Made by a program: the position numbers and the translations under genes. A stretch of 64,000 nt of DNA from the human T2T-CHM13v2.0 reference genome, Homo sapiens: assembly GCF_009914755.1 (NCBI RefSeq), contig NC_060940.1; one strand, given 5' to 3'. Position 1 is the stretch's first letter. Every line of letters starts with the position of its first letter. Positions 14,261 to 31,168 of this stretch are shown piece by piece. The notes below the pieces were generated by a model. The model did not search any database. It was given only the letters and a program-made list of their open reading frames with translations, and was not told the origin of the DNA.

Positions 14261-16126
14261 CAGCATGGACTAAAGAGGTTATTTGAACCTTCTATCATTT
14301 CTCTCCCAGTGTCATGTGGAAAAAAGATAACTTACACTATTCTTTTTAGATATGTCAATGCTCAAAACAGGAGCAAATGCACTCAGTACGTGGACAACAC
14401 CATCCCTGAAGAGTTAACCTGGATCTGGGATATCACGAATCCTCACATTCCCCAAAAGGTCCTTTCTGTTCTAATTCATTAGGACTCACCATGGTTTAGT
14501 AGGTATTCCAAAGGATTACTCATTTTCTAAAAGAGTGAAAAGAATAGAAATATTTTTTGAGATAACATACTTCATAAAAATCATAGTAAAACATTAAAAA
14601 TAAAAATCCAAGTACCATGTGTGTTACAAAAAGCTCTAGTTTATCCTTTAGAACAATTTAAGACTCTGAAAACATACGTAGTGCATAAATAACAAAATGT
14701 TTTTATAATACGATTTTGTAAAAAGCATATTACAAACAGAATTTACACAGTGCTCTTGCTTTCTACAGAAATACCCAGCTATGAACATGGATGAATTTGT
14801 ATGTCTGTGAGTATAAATATTCATTAGAATATAATAATTAAGGGCACACATTTTGAATTCACCTGCAAAAAAGTTTATTTACTTAACTAGATATGACTAA
14901 CTAGAGCAAGTTATCTCTTTCTGCTTTGTTTTTATTACTTATGAGGTAGAACTACTAAAAATAGATAGTCCAAAAGATGGAATGAGATAATGAATGTAAA
15001 TTGTTGTGAACAGAAATTGCAGCAGAAGAGCAGTTCATAAATACTAGATATCTTATATGTCATGTATATAAACTAAAAGCATATTTTAATAACTATGGCT
15101 GTTAATGGTTATATTTAGGTGGTCCAATCTTTGTATTTTATTTCTATTTTCTAGGTTTTCTAATGCTCTCTAATTAATAGGCATTACTTTTCCAACCACA
15201 AAAATATCTATTTTAAAATGGTCCCTTTAAGTTTCTCTAATTTCACCTCCACTGAACACTCTGATTTGATTTTTATTAGGGCTATGTGGATATGTGGAAA
15301 ATATATTACTCAAAATAATATAATACAATGCCCTTCATATGAAACTTGAGCTCATGCGGTATTAGTTATGAGTGGCCTGTCAGCAACTGTCTGTCCAAAT
15401 TTAGAAGGTACCAAGAATATCCAGCTTCTAGTTTTTATCTAATTAGCACCAGAAACAACACCGAAGTGAATAAACTGAGTTTTCCTTAGGGAATCTTATC
15501 AGGTAGCAGGCAGACAATATCTCTAGTCAGGCAATTGTGTTTTATTAAAGGAAAACATCTTAATACACTTAACTTTCCCAGGAGGCATAGATAATATTTT
15601 ATCCTCTAACACTAGCATCACCCTCTACTATAAATTCACCAAGAAAATATTCAATAAATATTGTTGACTAAATGCTCCATGAATAAACATTGGGAGCAAA
15701 TTATACAAATGTGCATTATTACAAAGATTTAAACAGGCAGCAAATCTGTAATGTTGACTGTTAAAGCTCAGTTTTTAACAAAACTCTTCCAAGATTTTTG
15801 GCTGATTATCCAGTTTTCTGTGCTTTTCCCATATGGTCAAATGCATGGAACCAGAAGACATATGGCCGGGTTAAATGAGCAGTCTTCAGCTGTACACCTC
15901 AGTGGAAACAACTCTCAGGCAAAGGCTGGTGGTGAGGATTCAATGATTTGGACTTCCTGTGATTCGCTAAACTAAGAGAATCTTTCCTTCTAGAAATAAA
16001 TTTGCAAATATGAAGTCATCCATAAGCTGTTCTTTTATTTGGGACTATATAATGTATACACAGTAATCAAAAACTATTGATTGATTACCCTGTATTTTCC
16101 ATTGAATGCCTAGATATCTCGGTTCC

Positions 16127-16558
16127 TGTGATAGTTAATTTTATATATTACCTTGACTGCATCATGGGGTACTTGTATATGCGGTTAAACATTATTCCTG
16201 GATGTGTCTCAGAGAATGTTTCTGGATAATATTAACATTAAACCAGTAGACTGAATAAAGCAGATTGCCCTCCCTTATGTAGGTGAATCTCATCCAATCC
16301 ATTGAAGGTCCAAATAGAATAAGAGTCTGGGTAAGTATTAATTCTTTCTTCCCTTAGTTGTCTTTCAGCTGGGACATCAGTCTTCTGACTTCGCACTTAG
16401 CCTCAGAGCAGAACTTACGTCAGTCTTACCTCTTTTGTTACCAGCTTGCCTACTGCAGATCTTGAACTCCCCAGCCTCCACAGTCTTATAAATCAATTCC
16501 TCATAAGAAATCTCTCTCTCTCTCTCTGTCTCTCTCTCTCTGTCTCTTTCTCTCCACA

Positions 16559-16593
<35 letters not shown>

Positions 16594-16669
16594 GTATATA
16601 GGTTCTGTTTCTCTGGAGAAACGTTGGTTCCCATTGTTTCTATCTCCCTGGAGAACACCGACTAATATG
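16127..16669 (+). mobile_element. MLT2 (MLT2B-like) ERVL solo LTR with internal (CT)n(CA)n
   Basis: TGTGATAGTTAATTTT start; 'gtagactgaataaagcagattgccctcc'; TSD GTTCC/GCTCC. Confidence 0.85.
16511..16593. repeat. (CT)n(CA)n microsatellite
   Basis: Directly visible. Confidence 0.95.
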
Positions 16670-16727
16670 GCTCCTTTCCAGCTTTTGCATTAATTTTCTA
16701 TAAGAGCATCAACATATTTTATAGCTT

Positions 16728-16870
16728 ACACTAAGTCTCAGTTTTCTCATCTGTGAAATCAGATTATTATATCTGTGGTTTATATATCACAGGATTTCAG
16801 GAATTTTACTATCAATAAACATAAAGTCAATGAACATAAAAGTGTTTGCTATTTGAAAGGTGCTTTGAAA
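16728..16870 (+). mobile_element. MIR fragment
   Basis: 'tctcagttttctcatctgtgaaat'. Confidence 0.55.
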
Positions 16871-19209
16871 AGTAGGTCATATAATATTAATTATTATAGA
16901 TTAAATCCAAATTATTCTTACATGCATGTACAGATTGTAATTGTTTAACAATGACAGACAATACAAAGAACCCATCAATATCTAATGAAATACATGAAAA
17001 TTGCTATGGTAACGGAATTGAATCATCAAGAAAGTACAAGTTTAAGATTATAAATGTTATATAAAGTTTATTGTATAAACAAATTTTTAAGTAGTCTTCC
17101 TTTGCTCAGGGACTAGCATATCAGATTTTGTGTTTTCTCTATGGCATTTATGAGTTGTCCCCTTTATGGAATTCTGATATAGCCATTCTGGTGCAGATGC
17201 CACAAGATAGTAATGTCCTGGACTTTTTTTTTTTTTCAGGTTGAGCTCTCTCCCTCATTTCTATCTGGAGCTTTGGAAATAATTGGACATATAAAAAATT
17301 TGTTGAAGAAATGAACAAAGTAACTCTCCTGTTATTAGGCAAATCTTGTTGAGACTGAGTGAGTGCTTACACAATTCTACTTTCAGTGGAATTCAATGAA
17401 TATGCTGCATTTCTGGTTTGGCCAACATCACTACTAGGTTGCTTTCTGTGCATTAGTATTCCAGCCCAGTTACTTCATTCTAGATATAAAGTTCTTTTCT
17501 TTTTTTCTGGGTTAAGATTTTTGCTATGTAAATGTTTATTTCTTGCTAGAAAATATAAGTAAATTGCTACAGCGATTTAATTAGTAATTACGCTACCTGT
17601 CTTCATTCATTTGGGTGCCTTGGTCCATTTTAGATGGTAGGAGGCAGGTCGTAATTTGGTAAAAGTAAAATAAGCTCTCAATTCTCTCACTTATTTAGGG
17701 AATTAGCAATGTGAGCACTCAAAGTGTGCCAGGCATTGTCTTTGAGACACTTTAACATGCAGCTTAATAGCTATTTAATTGAGCACTGACTCTGTGCAAG
17801 TCACCTTGTATGTGAATACTATATTGGTAATTCTCATCTAAAATTCATATTGATGACAAAAGAGAAAAATAGGAACCAGGATAATTTTTTCTTTGACCTT
17901 AACTATAAGGTTAAGATCCTATGGCTAGAAGTTTTTGAGGTTAGTTTGGAATATTCATCATTTTGTCATAAAAAGCAAATAATTTCATTACATCACATGA
18001 ACTTGTTTTGGCACTTGCTCAACTTGGATGTTTTAATGCCTTCAACAAGATAAAGTCTTTGCTTGAAATACTGGTGGTTTTACCAAGATGATAACTTCCT
18101 TGCATAGCTTTGATGTTGAATTTTCCTTTCATATGCTTTTATTTTGTTTGTTAAACAATTAGTAGATTGATTTGCTAGAAAATTAAAAAAAAAACAGGAA
18201 TATAAAAAAGTGCTGTGTGTTCCTTTGCTAGAATTTTAAAGTGATTTCATTTCTGTTGAGTGTAGGTTTATCTACTAAAATATTTATGTCAACAGAATTT
18301 GAATATGCCTCACAGGTTATGGCTTCACCTCTTTCTTTTGAAAAGAAGACTTTGTGAATTTGGACCGGTGTAGTTAATCATGCTGAGCTCAGTTTCCTCT
18401 CTTGCATCAACTTCTCAGCCTGTTTATGAGGATATTAGATGATTCAGATGAATATGCTTTGTAGATGTTACATTTTTTAACATGTAATGTTGCCCCTTTT
18501 CCTCCTTTTTGGGACAACTAGTTAACTGACATTTGTATGTCTACCTTTGATTGATTGTATGTTTGATTTTTGGAGAGAAGGATCATTATCTATGTTACTA
18601 TGTGGCTCAGAACATTTGAGAAACATATTAATTTAGTTTTGTAAGGAATCCTTGATTACTGGTATCACGGCCTCCCTATTATATGGGAGGAGACTAACAA
18701 ACAGAAAGTGACAGAGCTCAGCTTCAAAAACACATCAATCTTGCCCCAAAGCATTTCTGCTGCACCACATAATATTTCTCTTCATGGATAGATATCCATG
18801 TTACTATCCGTGGTTTTTCGGATGCTAAACCATAATGTGTGTGTGTTTGTTTTAAAAATAATCTTCTAGAACTACTTAAGATGAAAATATAGTGTTTTCC
18901 AGCAGATCCCACTCAGAAGGTGACATATTCTGCCAATGCAGCAGCCAGTCTGCATGCACTGCTCACACTTCGTCCTTGTTCCTTTCAAAAGGATCACTGC
19001 CTCTTCTATCTTTGATGTCAACTCTTATTTCTTGTAATACATTAAAAAGTAATTTACTCTAGCTACCCATAGTGATCGATTTTGATAAACTATCATTTGA
19101 TATTTTACAAAATCCAAATTACGTCCAAAAGAAGTTACTCTAATTACAAAATATAACTTAATATGTACCAGATCTTCTACATATATGGTTTTATTTAATG
19201 CTAAAAATC

Positions 19210-19620
19210 TTCATTTGCTCAATCAATAACTATTCACTGAGTGACTTCGATGTTCTCAGCACTGTCCTTGACAATAGGGATATAATTGTTAGCAAATACA
19301 GACTTCATTTTTTGCCCTTGTGACATTAATAGTCTAATAGTGATAAAGATATTATTCAAATGTTTATACACCAGTGTAAAATTCAACTGGAAAAGTGCTG
19401 TGGATGAGATAGATGTACATGTTCATGTGACTGCCCTTAAAAAAAAAAAGATTTTCCATAGTCATGGAGTTCAGGGAAGGTTTGATGGGGAAGCAGTAAT
19501 GAAACTCAGATCTTAAGAATTAGCGAAATTAATTTATTGAAGAGGGAGGGGGGAAAAATCTTCCAAAAGGTGGGAGGAGAAAAGAGCCAGTGATAAGAGG
19601 CAACATGGTCAGTTAAATGA
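19210..19620 (-). mobile_element. L2 fragment
   Basis: Reverse L2 3' end 'tcaataactattcactgag...cagcactgtcct...gggatata'. Confidence 0.55.
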
Positions 19621-21429
19621 CAGAGGAAGAGTGGAAGATAAAACATAAATTGGCATGATACAGTGTAACAGGAAGAAAAAAGCTCATTCTCTTAGATCAG
19701 AAAAAGCTTCTTTGTGTAAATACCAGTTAAATTGAGAAGTAACATTTAATGATAACTTTCTCCTAGTCTACTTTTTAAAAAAGTATCTATCAGAACAAAA
19801 CTGAAAGCTGATTTCAACATACAGTGTGTAAGGAAACTAATTGTGCAATGAAAAAAGTCATAGGAATCATATAATAAAAATGTGGGTATTCATAAATTTC
19901 ATAATAATATAGTGTTCCTGAGTAAAAACTTTTGGATTTATCTGACATTAGGCATTTTTAGAAACCTTAGACCAGAAAATGGAAGAACTTAGACAGAAAA
20001 ATATAGAAAAAAAAATCATTTAAAAAAGTCACCCTCTATGTGACTTGCTGTGTGACCTCTATATGACCTCTAAGGTTACCTGGTGGATTTTTCACTGGTG
20101 GGGAAGGCCTGACTTTTAATGACAGATGATTGGAATGAAAACTTCTCATCCACCAAATACACTTCAAATAATAATTGTAATTAACTTCAACAGTACAACA
20201 GAAGAAAAAAAAAATAGCAGGAAGGTGAAAGTTAATTTGCTTTACCCGGCGAATCTGTCCCTGAGTCTCCTTCCTGTCTGTGAAGCACTGATTATATGGA
20301 TAGTTTAGATATTTTGTGCTGTGACATTTACATTTATGTAGCTGTATATCTGGAAGATGAAGTGATGTAACTGGCATTACTTTTGAAAAATTCAATGTGA
20401 TGGGACTAAGAACGTGTGACCATATTCCTCTCAAGTACTTTCTGCCGTTCATAAGGTTTGGGTCCCTGTCAGAAATTTATGCTCTACTTATAGGAAAGAA
20501 AAAGTACAGATGTGTAATTGAGGATGTAATTGATCACCTGACACATGAAGAATGGCATTTCTTGTCTTGGAAACCTGATTTGACATCAAAACAAGAGGCA
20601 TTATCAAGGCTTGAATTCTAGTTTCCTTCTTTGTACATATAGGCTTTTCGCTGTAAAAGTAATTAGTATGGAATTGATGAAAAGAGAAGAAATAAATCCC
20701 CACCAATTACTCCACCTAATTACCAGCAATAGAAACAATAATAATAATAATTAATTAATTGACTATTCACTATGGTCCTTGTGTTTCAGGTAAATTATTT
20801 TTAATCCTTGTACTTACTTTGCAAAGTAAGTGAAACTAGTATCTCTCTTTTATAGATGAGGGAAACCACACAGTGGGATTAAATAACTTATTTGTGCTTT
20901 TACTGTGGCATGTGGCTTTTTTAGATATTTTTTCCTGTGTAAATATGTATCTGCATATCTGTTGAGTTTTATATTATATTTGTCATTATATTATGCATTG
21001 GCTTGTATCCTTAACTTCTAAAATAATATCCTGTTTTATTACCTATGCATTTAATATGGTTAATGTGCACTAAAAACACACAAATGTATATACCTTATTT
21101 TATCTAGCCAGTAATTTATATTTTGACCACTTGCCTTATTTTCCTCTTTATTTTTAACACCATGGATAATAATAATATTTTATATAAAGCTTTTTTACCT
21201 TTTACATTATTTATGCAGGTTGGCTTTCTAGCTAAGTAATTGTTTTGTTAAAAGACATTAGTCTTATTTTTCCAATATATTTAAAACCAAAGCCAAATAA
21301 AAAGATATGTGCATATGACATATGTCATAGTCAGTCACATTTGATTAAACTCTATGATTTTGGATTTTCCCAAACTCTTCACCAACTAGGATATAGAAAT
21401 TCAGGTAGTAAAAATAGCTTCTTATTTAA

Positions 21430-22795
<1,366 letters not shown>

Positions 22796-22921
22796 AACAT
22801 CATTTTTCCATTCTTGGATTATAAGGTATAATTCTGTCTAGGTCCTTAAAATAGAAGGACATACCACTTTGTGAATCTAAAGATATGACTCATTAAATAG
22901 TCTGTTCAAAAAGATATTCTG

Positions 22922-23273
<352 letters not shown>

Positions 23274-23719
23274 CTATTAATAACATTTTAAATGCTTGAA
23301 TTAATATGGCAGAACATAATTAGCTAAATTCACTAGAATATAGCAAATCAATTTCTATTATATGATGTAAAATAAATGTGATGTCCTATAATGTTTATTA
23401 ACTGATTATAGTAGAGACTTAAAGTAGATAAACAAATTCTAAGTATGCAAATCTACAGGCATTAATTTTAAATATGTTTAAGAACGTGTGGTTACACTAT
23501 ATGCATAATTTTGTGTATCTGTATGTGTGTGAATTCTCTTTTTAGATCATATTCGTGTCTTCCTAAAACAAATCTTAATCTAAATATATCAACATATGAC
23601 TTCTATTAATTCATTCAGTAAAGCACCTGTTCTGTACCAGATTCCCTATCATCTTCTAAGTATATGATAAAAGATTAATTTATAATAACAAGTATAATAA
23701 TTTTTGTTAAATTTATTCT

Positions 23720-23872
23720 TTCCATGGTGACCTCAAATGCATTATTTCAATCCTCATATCTTCCGCACCAAGCAAAAACATTGCTATCCTTGTCACAGGT
23801 GAGAAAACTTAACAGTCACTTGCACAACATAATGTAGCTAGTAATTGGGTAAATAAAGATATTCAAGTCAGG
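23720..23872 (-). mobile_element. MIR fragment
   Basis: 'tttcaatcctca...cacaggtgagaaaact...tcacttgc...gctagtaa'. Confidence 0.55.
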
Positions 23873-23999
23873 ACTATGTGGTTGCAAGTGGCAGGTATAT
23901 AAATTGAACTATGGTGGAAGTTTGGAAATAACTTTATTGGAGGGTATATTAATAACCTATTGCTGAGCACAATCTACCTTAAAACTTAGTTACTTAGGA

Positions 24000-26955
24000 G
24001 TTATTTAGCATTTCTGGTGCTGATGAAATCCTTCAGCTTTTGTTTGTCTGGGAAGGTCTGTATTTCCCCTTTATGCTTGAAGGATATTTTTGCCAGATAC
24101 ACTATTCTAGGGTAAAAGTTTTTTTTTTCCTTCAGCACTTCAATATGTCATCATACCACTTTCTTTTGACCTATAAGATTTCCACTGAAAAATCTGCTGC
24201 TAGACATATTGGAGCTTAATAGTATGTTATTTGTTTCTTTTCTCTTGCTGATTTTAGGATCCCTTCTTTATCCTTGATATTTGGGAGTTTGATTATTAAA
24301 TGCCTTGAGATAGTCTTCTTTGGGTTAAATCTTCTTGGTGTTCTATAACCTTCCTGCACTTGGATATCAGTATCTTTCTCTAGGCTTGGAAAGTTATCTG
24401 TGATTATCCCTTTGAATAAACTTTCTACCCCTATCTCTTTCTCTACCTCCTCCTTAAAGCCAGTAAGTCTTAGATTTGCTCTTTTGAGGCTATTTTCTAG
24501 ATTCTGTAGGCATGCTTCATTGTTTTTTATTCCTTTTTATTTTATCTCCTCTGTGTACTTTCAAATAGCCTTCTTCAACCTCACTAATTATTTCTCCTGC
24601 TCAATCAGTTCTGCTATTAAAAAACTCTGATGCATCCTTCAGTATTCCAATTGCATCTTTCAGCTTCAGAAATTCTGCTTGATTCTTTTTAATTATTTTA
24701 ATGTCTTTGTTACATTTATCTGATAGAATTCTGAATTCCTTCTCTGTGCTATCTTGAGCTTCGTTGAGTTTCTTCAACACAGCTATTTTGAATTCTTTGT
24801 CTGAAAGGTCACATATTTCTGTTTCTCCAGGATTGGTCCCTGGTGGCTTATTCAGTTCATTTGGTGAGGTCATGTTTTCCTGGATGGTGATGATGCTTGT
24901 AGATGTTCTTTGGTATCTGGGCATTGAAGAGTTAGGTATTTACTATAGTCTTTACTGTCTGACTGTCTGGGCTTATTTGTACCCCTTCTTCTTGGGAAAG
25001 CTTTCCAGATATTATAAAGGAATTGGGTATTGTGATATAAGCTATATCTGCTTGAGGGGGCACCCCAGCCCAGTAACACTGTAGTTCTTGCAGACTCATC
25101 GAGTTGCCGACTTGATGATATTGGACAAGATACAAGAGAATTCTTTGGATTACCGGACAGAGACTCTCGTTCCTTTTCCTGACTTTCTCCCAAATGAATG
25201 GAGCTTCTTTCTCTGTTTTGTCACCAAAAGCTGGGGGTAAAGTGACACAAGTACCCATGTGGCCATCACTATTACTGCACTAGGTCAGACCTGAAGCCAG
25301 CACAGCACTGGGTGTCAACCAAGGCCTGCTGTAACTACTCCCTGGCTGTTGCCTATGTTCACTCAAGGCCTTGAGGCTCTACAGTAAGCTAGTCACAAAG
25401 CCAACAAGGTTTGTGTCCTTCCCTTCAGAGCAGTGAGTTCTCTCAGGCCCTAGAAGAGTCCAGAGGTGCTGTGGGCTGTGTGGGAATCAGAGACTAGAGT
25501 CAAAAACCTGAGAAATATATCTGGTATTCTATTGCACTGTGGCAGAGCTGGGACGCAAACCACAAGATGAAGTCCTTCCCACTCTTCCCTCCCCTTTACA
25601 AAGGCAGAGGATCCTCACCCCATGGCCACTGCCACCACAGGCCACGGGGAGTACTGCCAGACTACCACTGATGTTCTGTTAAGGCCCAAGGACTCTCAAG
25701 TCAGCTTGTGGTGAATGCTGCCTGGCCTGGGACTCACTTTTCAGGACAGCGGGCTCCTCTCTGGCCCAGGGTATGTCCAGAAATGCTGTCTAAGAGTCAA
25801 GTCCTGGAATAAGGGACTCCATTTGGTGATGTACCCTCCTGTGGCCTTGCCGGTACCTAAGGAGCAAGACAAAGTTTCCTTTACTCTTCCCTCTGCTTTT
25901 CTCAAGAAAAAGGAGTTTCACCCCATAGACACCACTGCTAGGAATGTTCTGAGTCTCCCCTGAAGCCAGCAAGTTTCAGAGGCTCACCCAAGGCCCTCCC
26001 TGTAGTACCTGAGTATTACTGCTAGTTATTCAGGGTCCAAAGGCTCTTCAGTTAGCAGATGATGAATGCTGCCAGGACTGGGTCCTTCCCTTCAAAGCAG
26101 TGTGTTCCCTTCTGGCCCAGGGTGTGTCTAGAAATGTCATTCAGCAGCTAGGGTCTGGAATAGGGGCCTCACAACTCTGACTGGTGCCCTATCTTGCTGT
26201 GGCTGAGATGGTATCCAAGATGCAAGACAAAGTTCTCCTCAATCTTCCCTCTCCTCTCCTCAAGTGGAAGGAAGGGGAGTTGTCTTTTGGAGCCGTGAGC
26301 TGTGCAGCCTGGGTTTACAAGAGGGGTGATGCCAATTTTTCCTTAGCCACCCTGTGTGTGTCTCAGTAAGTCATATGACCCCCCAGTCCACTGGTCCTGA
26401 GCCTAGTTCAGCACCAGGACTTGCCCAAGAGTTGCAGTTCATATGGTCTAGACTGCTTTTCAAGTTTACTCAGAGACCCAGAGCTCTTCAGCCCATGGTG
26501 GTAAGGGTTGTACAAGCTCAAGTTCTAATCACTGGGATCGGTGATTCCCCTCTGCCTATGGCTGGTTTAAATGCTCCCTCTGTGGGTGGGTGTCAGCTGA
26601 GTTTCCTCCAGTTTTTCTTTCTGTTCTAACAGGACAGGACGGCACTGAGTTCAATGCCTCACAATTGCTGTGCTCTCCCTTTCCCAGTGCACAGAAATAC
26701 TCTCAACACCATGCTGGGGTTGCTGGGGGTGGGGGTGGCATGGCATTGGTGATTCAGGACTGTTTTTTCTACTTCTTCAGTGCCTTTTTTTTTTTTCAGT
26801 AATGTGCAGTTAAAACCAGGTACTATGAGTGCGCACTTGATTTTTGTTTTTTTCTGAGGTTTTATTTGGTGTGTGTAGATAGTTGTTAAATTGGTGTCTT
26901 TGTGGGGGTGGGGTGATTAGTGAAGCCTTCTTTTCAGCCATTTTGCTCCACCTCC
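24000..26955 (-). mobile_element. L1M1-type 5' UTR plus decayed ORF1, lacking ORF2 and 3' end
   Basis: 5' end GGAGGTGGAGCAAAATGGC on the minus strand; ORF 24601-24924 encodes L1 ORF1p-like 'ICDLSDKEFKIAVLKKLNE'. Confidence 0.88.
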
Positions 26956-28599
26956 AATTGGCTATTTTAAAAATAACTACTAAAGGTAATATTAAAGAGA
27001 TCAAAAGTAAGACTGAAAGAGCAAGAGAAAAATAAATTAGCAATAGTGTAAAATGAAGGATTTACTGTTAGGGATTCCGAGAAACACCTGCAAGTGGCTT
27101 TGTGATTTAAGAACTGAATGCTTCTGAGAGCACAGAAGCCTTGCCTGCCCTAGCTTGTTCTTACCCAGACAAGAAATGCGCAGCTTCATCTTCTGGCATT
27201 GCAATATAAAGTTTATCATCAAGAGGTTGCCTCTTAACAATGTCTTGCTAAGAATACCAGTGAAGAAAGTTGGATGCCACCCCAGTTTGGGAATAATTAC
27301 TACGTATGTGTTTTCACCAGGTTACTTTGTCACTTAAAGTGTTAACTTCCTCTGAGCTACTACTTCAGTTTATCTCTATTGCCTATTATTTTCTATCCTC
27401 TTAAATGGAATTATATTGTGAAACTACTCAAAAGCTGTTAAAACAACTTGTAAAACATTTCAAACTAAATGCATGCAACCATTTTATTTTTCAGGAAATG
27501 TGTAACACTAAGATGAATACTAATCAATGTTGGTTCATGGTGTATTAAGTAGTTCTGAAGTAGTTTATCAAGAAAAAAATATAGAGGGGATATCTTCTGA
27601 AGGACATTAAGCCTAAAGTCCAATTTGCTAAATCTTCCTTTCAGAAGGAAAATAGGAAGCAATTGCAATGGACGCAGCAGGGATGCTAAGTTGTTCGGAA
27701 TTGTTCTTACCATTAAATAAAAAACCCAACTAAAGGGTTCTTTTAAAGTAAGAGGCCAGGAAAGATGCATTCAATTTAGGACCTAGACTCAAGCATCTGG
27801 ACCTTTAAAAAAGGGAGCTAAAATTTGTCTAACTTTCTTTGTTCATAGATAAGAAAAGTTTTTCATGGCCATAGTAGAAGTCAGAGGTGAAATCGGAAAT
27901 TCCAGTTTGCTTCATCAGGGAATTTCTTTTAGGTGTATTTTAGGATTTTAAATATTATTAAATACTAAGAGTGACATTTGCTACTTGGTGTTTAATATGT
28001 AGTAGTTCACATGTTAATTCCTCTGGGAAGGATTTACATCTTCAAAAGTTAAGAAAATGACAAATATAATATTGCAGAAAGAACAAGTCAATTTTTACTG
28101 AGTGTATCTATGCCTTCAAACAAAAAAACTGAGTGCCTATCAAGCGTCTCATTGTTCTCTATAAAGTAAATGATATTGTTAAGACAGGTACTGTTGCAGC
28201 TCTTCTGATTCAAAGTGTTTTCTCTGCGATTAGAGAACCAAAGATAGGTAAAGTTGACATCTTAGCATTATTCTATTCTGACACTTTGTTCCCCTTTTCT
28301 AAGAAATGGAATATAAATGTACATCTGCTCCAATTTTCTACTCACACTGGACCTCCTCAAGTTCTTTTTCACCACATGATTAAAAGCAATGTCTGACTCA
28401 TTTGAACTTGACATTCATGTTGTATTTTTCTTGTATTATGAGTCTTTCTTGAATCTCTGTTGCTTCTCCAGAGAAACAGTAATCTCCTAAATAGCAGAGA
28501 TAACCATACTTAATGTATAGCTGGGATCTTTGCAATATGTTATAGTTTTATTTTGTTTCTACTCTTTTCCTTTGCTTCGTTGTCTTTAAGTTTTACACT

Positions 28600-28812
28600 C
28601 ATGATGCCTTGAGTTTGAATCCAGACTCTCATGTTTACCACTTGTGTGAGCCATGAGTAGTTTTTCTGATGGCTCAGTGTTTCAGCTTTTCTGTCTGTAA
28701 AATGAAGGTTACCAGTATAGATAATTCTTAGGTTTTTGTAAGCATGAAATGAGATTATACCTGTAAAGTGCTTTAAAGAGTGTCTAGTACTTGCTAGGCA
28801 TTGAAATAATAT
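28600..28812 (+). mobile_element. MIR
   Basis: 'gagtttgaatcca...ctgtctgtaaaatg...gtaaagtgcttt'. Confidence 0.7.
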
Positions 28813-28896
28813 TGCAAATTCATATTAACTTGGTAACACTCTATTATTATTATTTGCAATAATATTACAAATTCATATTAACTTGATAACACTCTA
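28805..28896. repeat. 39-bp direct repeat, 53-bp period
   Basis: 28805-28843 vs 28858-28896, 2 mismatches. Confidence 0.9.
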
Positions 28897-29199
28897 ATTA
28901 TCAAGCATAGCATACATGCATATAATAATTATAATCATACATTGTGGAATATCTGGAATATATATTGGTATAAAGTTTGAAATAATTATACTATTAGTGA
29001 TGTATTTGGTGCTGACACTTGAATACATCTGACACTAATGCATAAATATTTAACGTTTAAAGACTAAATAGTATTTCTTTTTAGGTTCACAACAGTTATA
29101 TCCTGTCTCCACTGTATCACTGCAACTCCAACCATATGTAAGTCCTGGAGCAAACATATCTTGATGTCCCCAAAATCTTTAACTATTCAATTCTCTTAG

Positions 29200-29544
<345 letters not shown>

Positions 29545-29700
29545 TTAAAATTTAATTTTAATTAATTCTACCTTCCCCCTGTTCTATCTTCTCTCACTCT
29601 TAGAAAGTAAATCTAGAGATCTTTCTTAAATTCTTGCTTCTTGTTCACATAGGAATTTTTCATATTGACCTTATATTAGGGTATTATTTATCTAGCAGTA

Positions 29701-31168
<1,468 letters not shown>

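Noticed and set aside
17222-17245. Poly(T)-CAG strong 3' splice-site look-alike
   Set aside because: No supportable downstream exon, donor or reading frame; transcript data needed.
20036-20452. 138-aa minus-strand ORF in unique DNA
   Set aside because: No recognisable domain and it crosses a homopolymer run; the region is better explained as non-coding.
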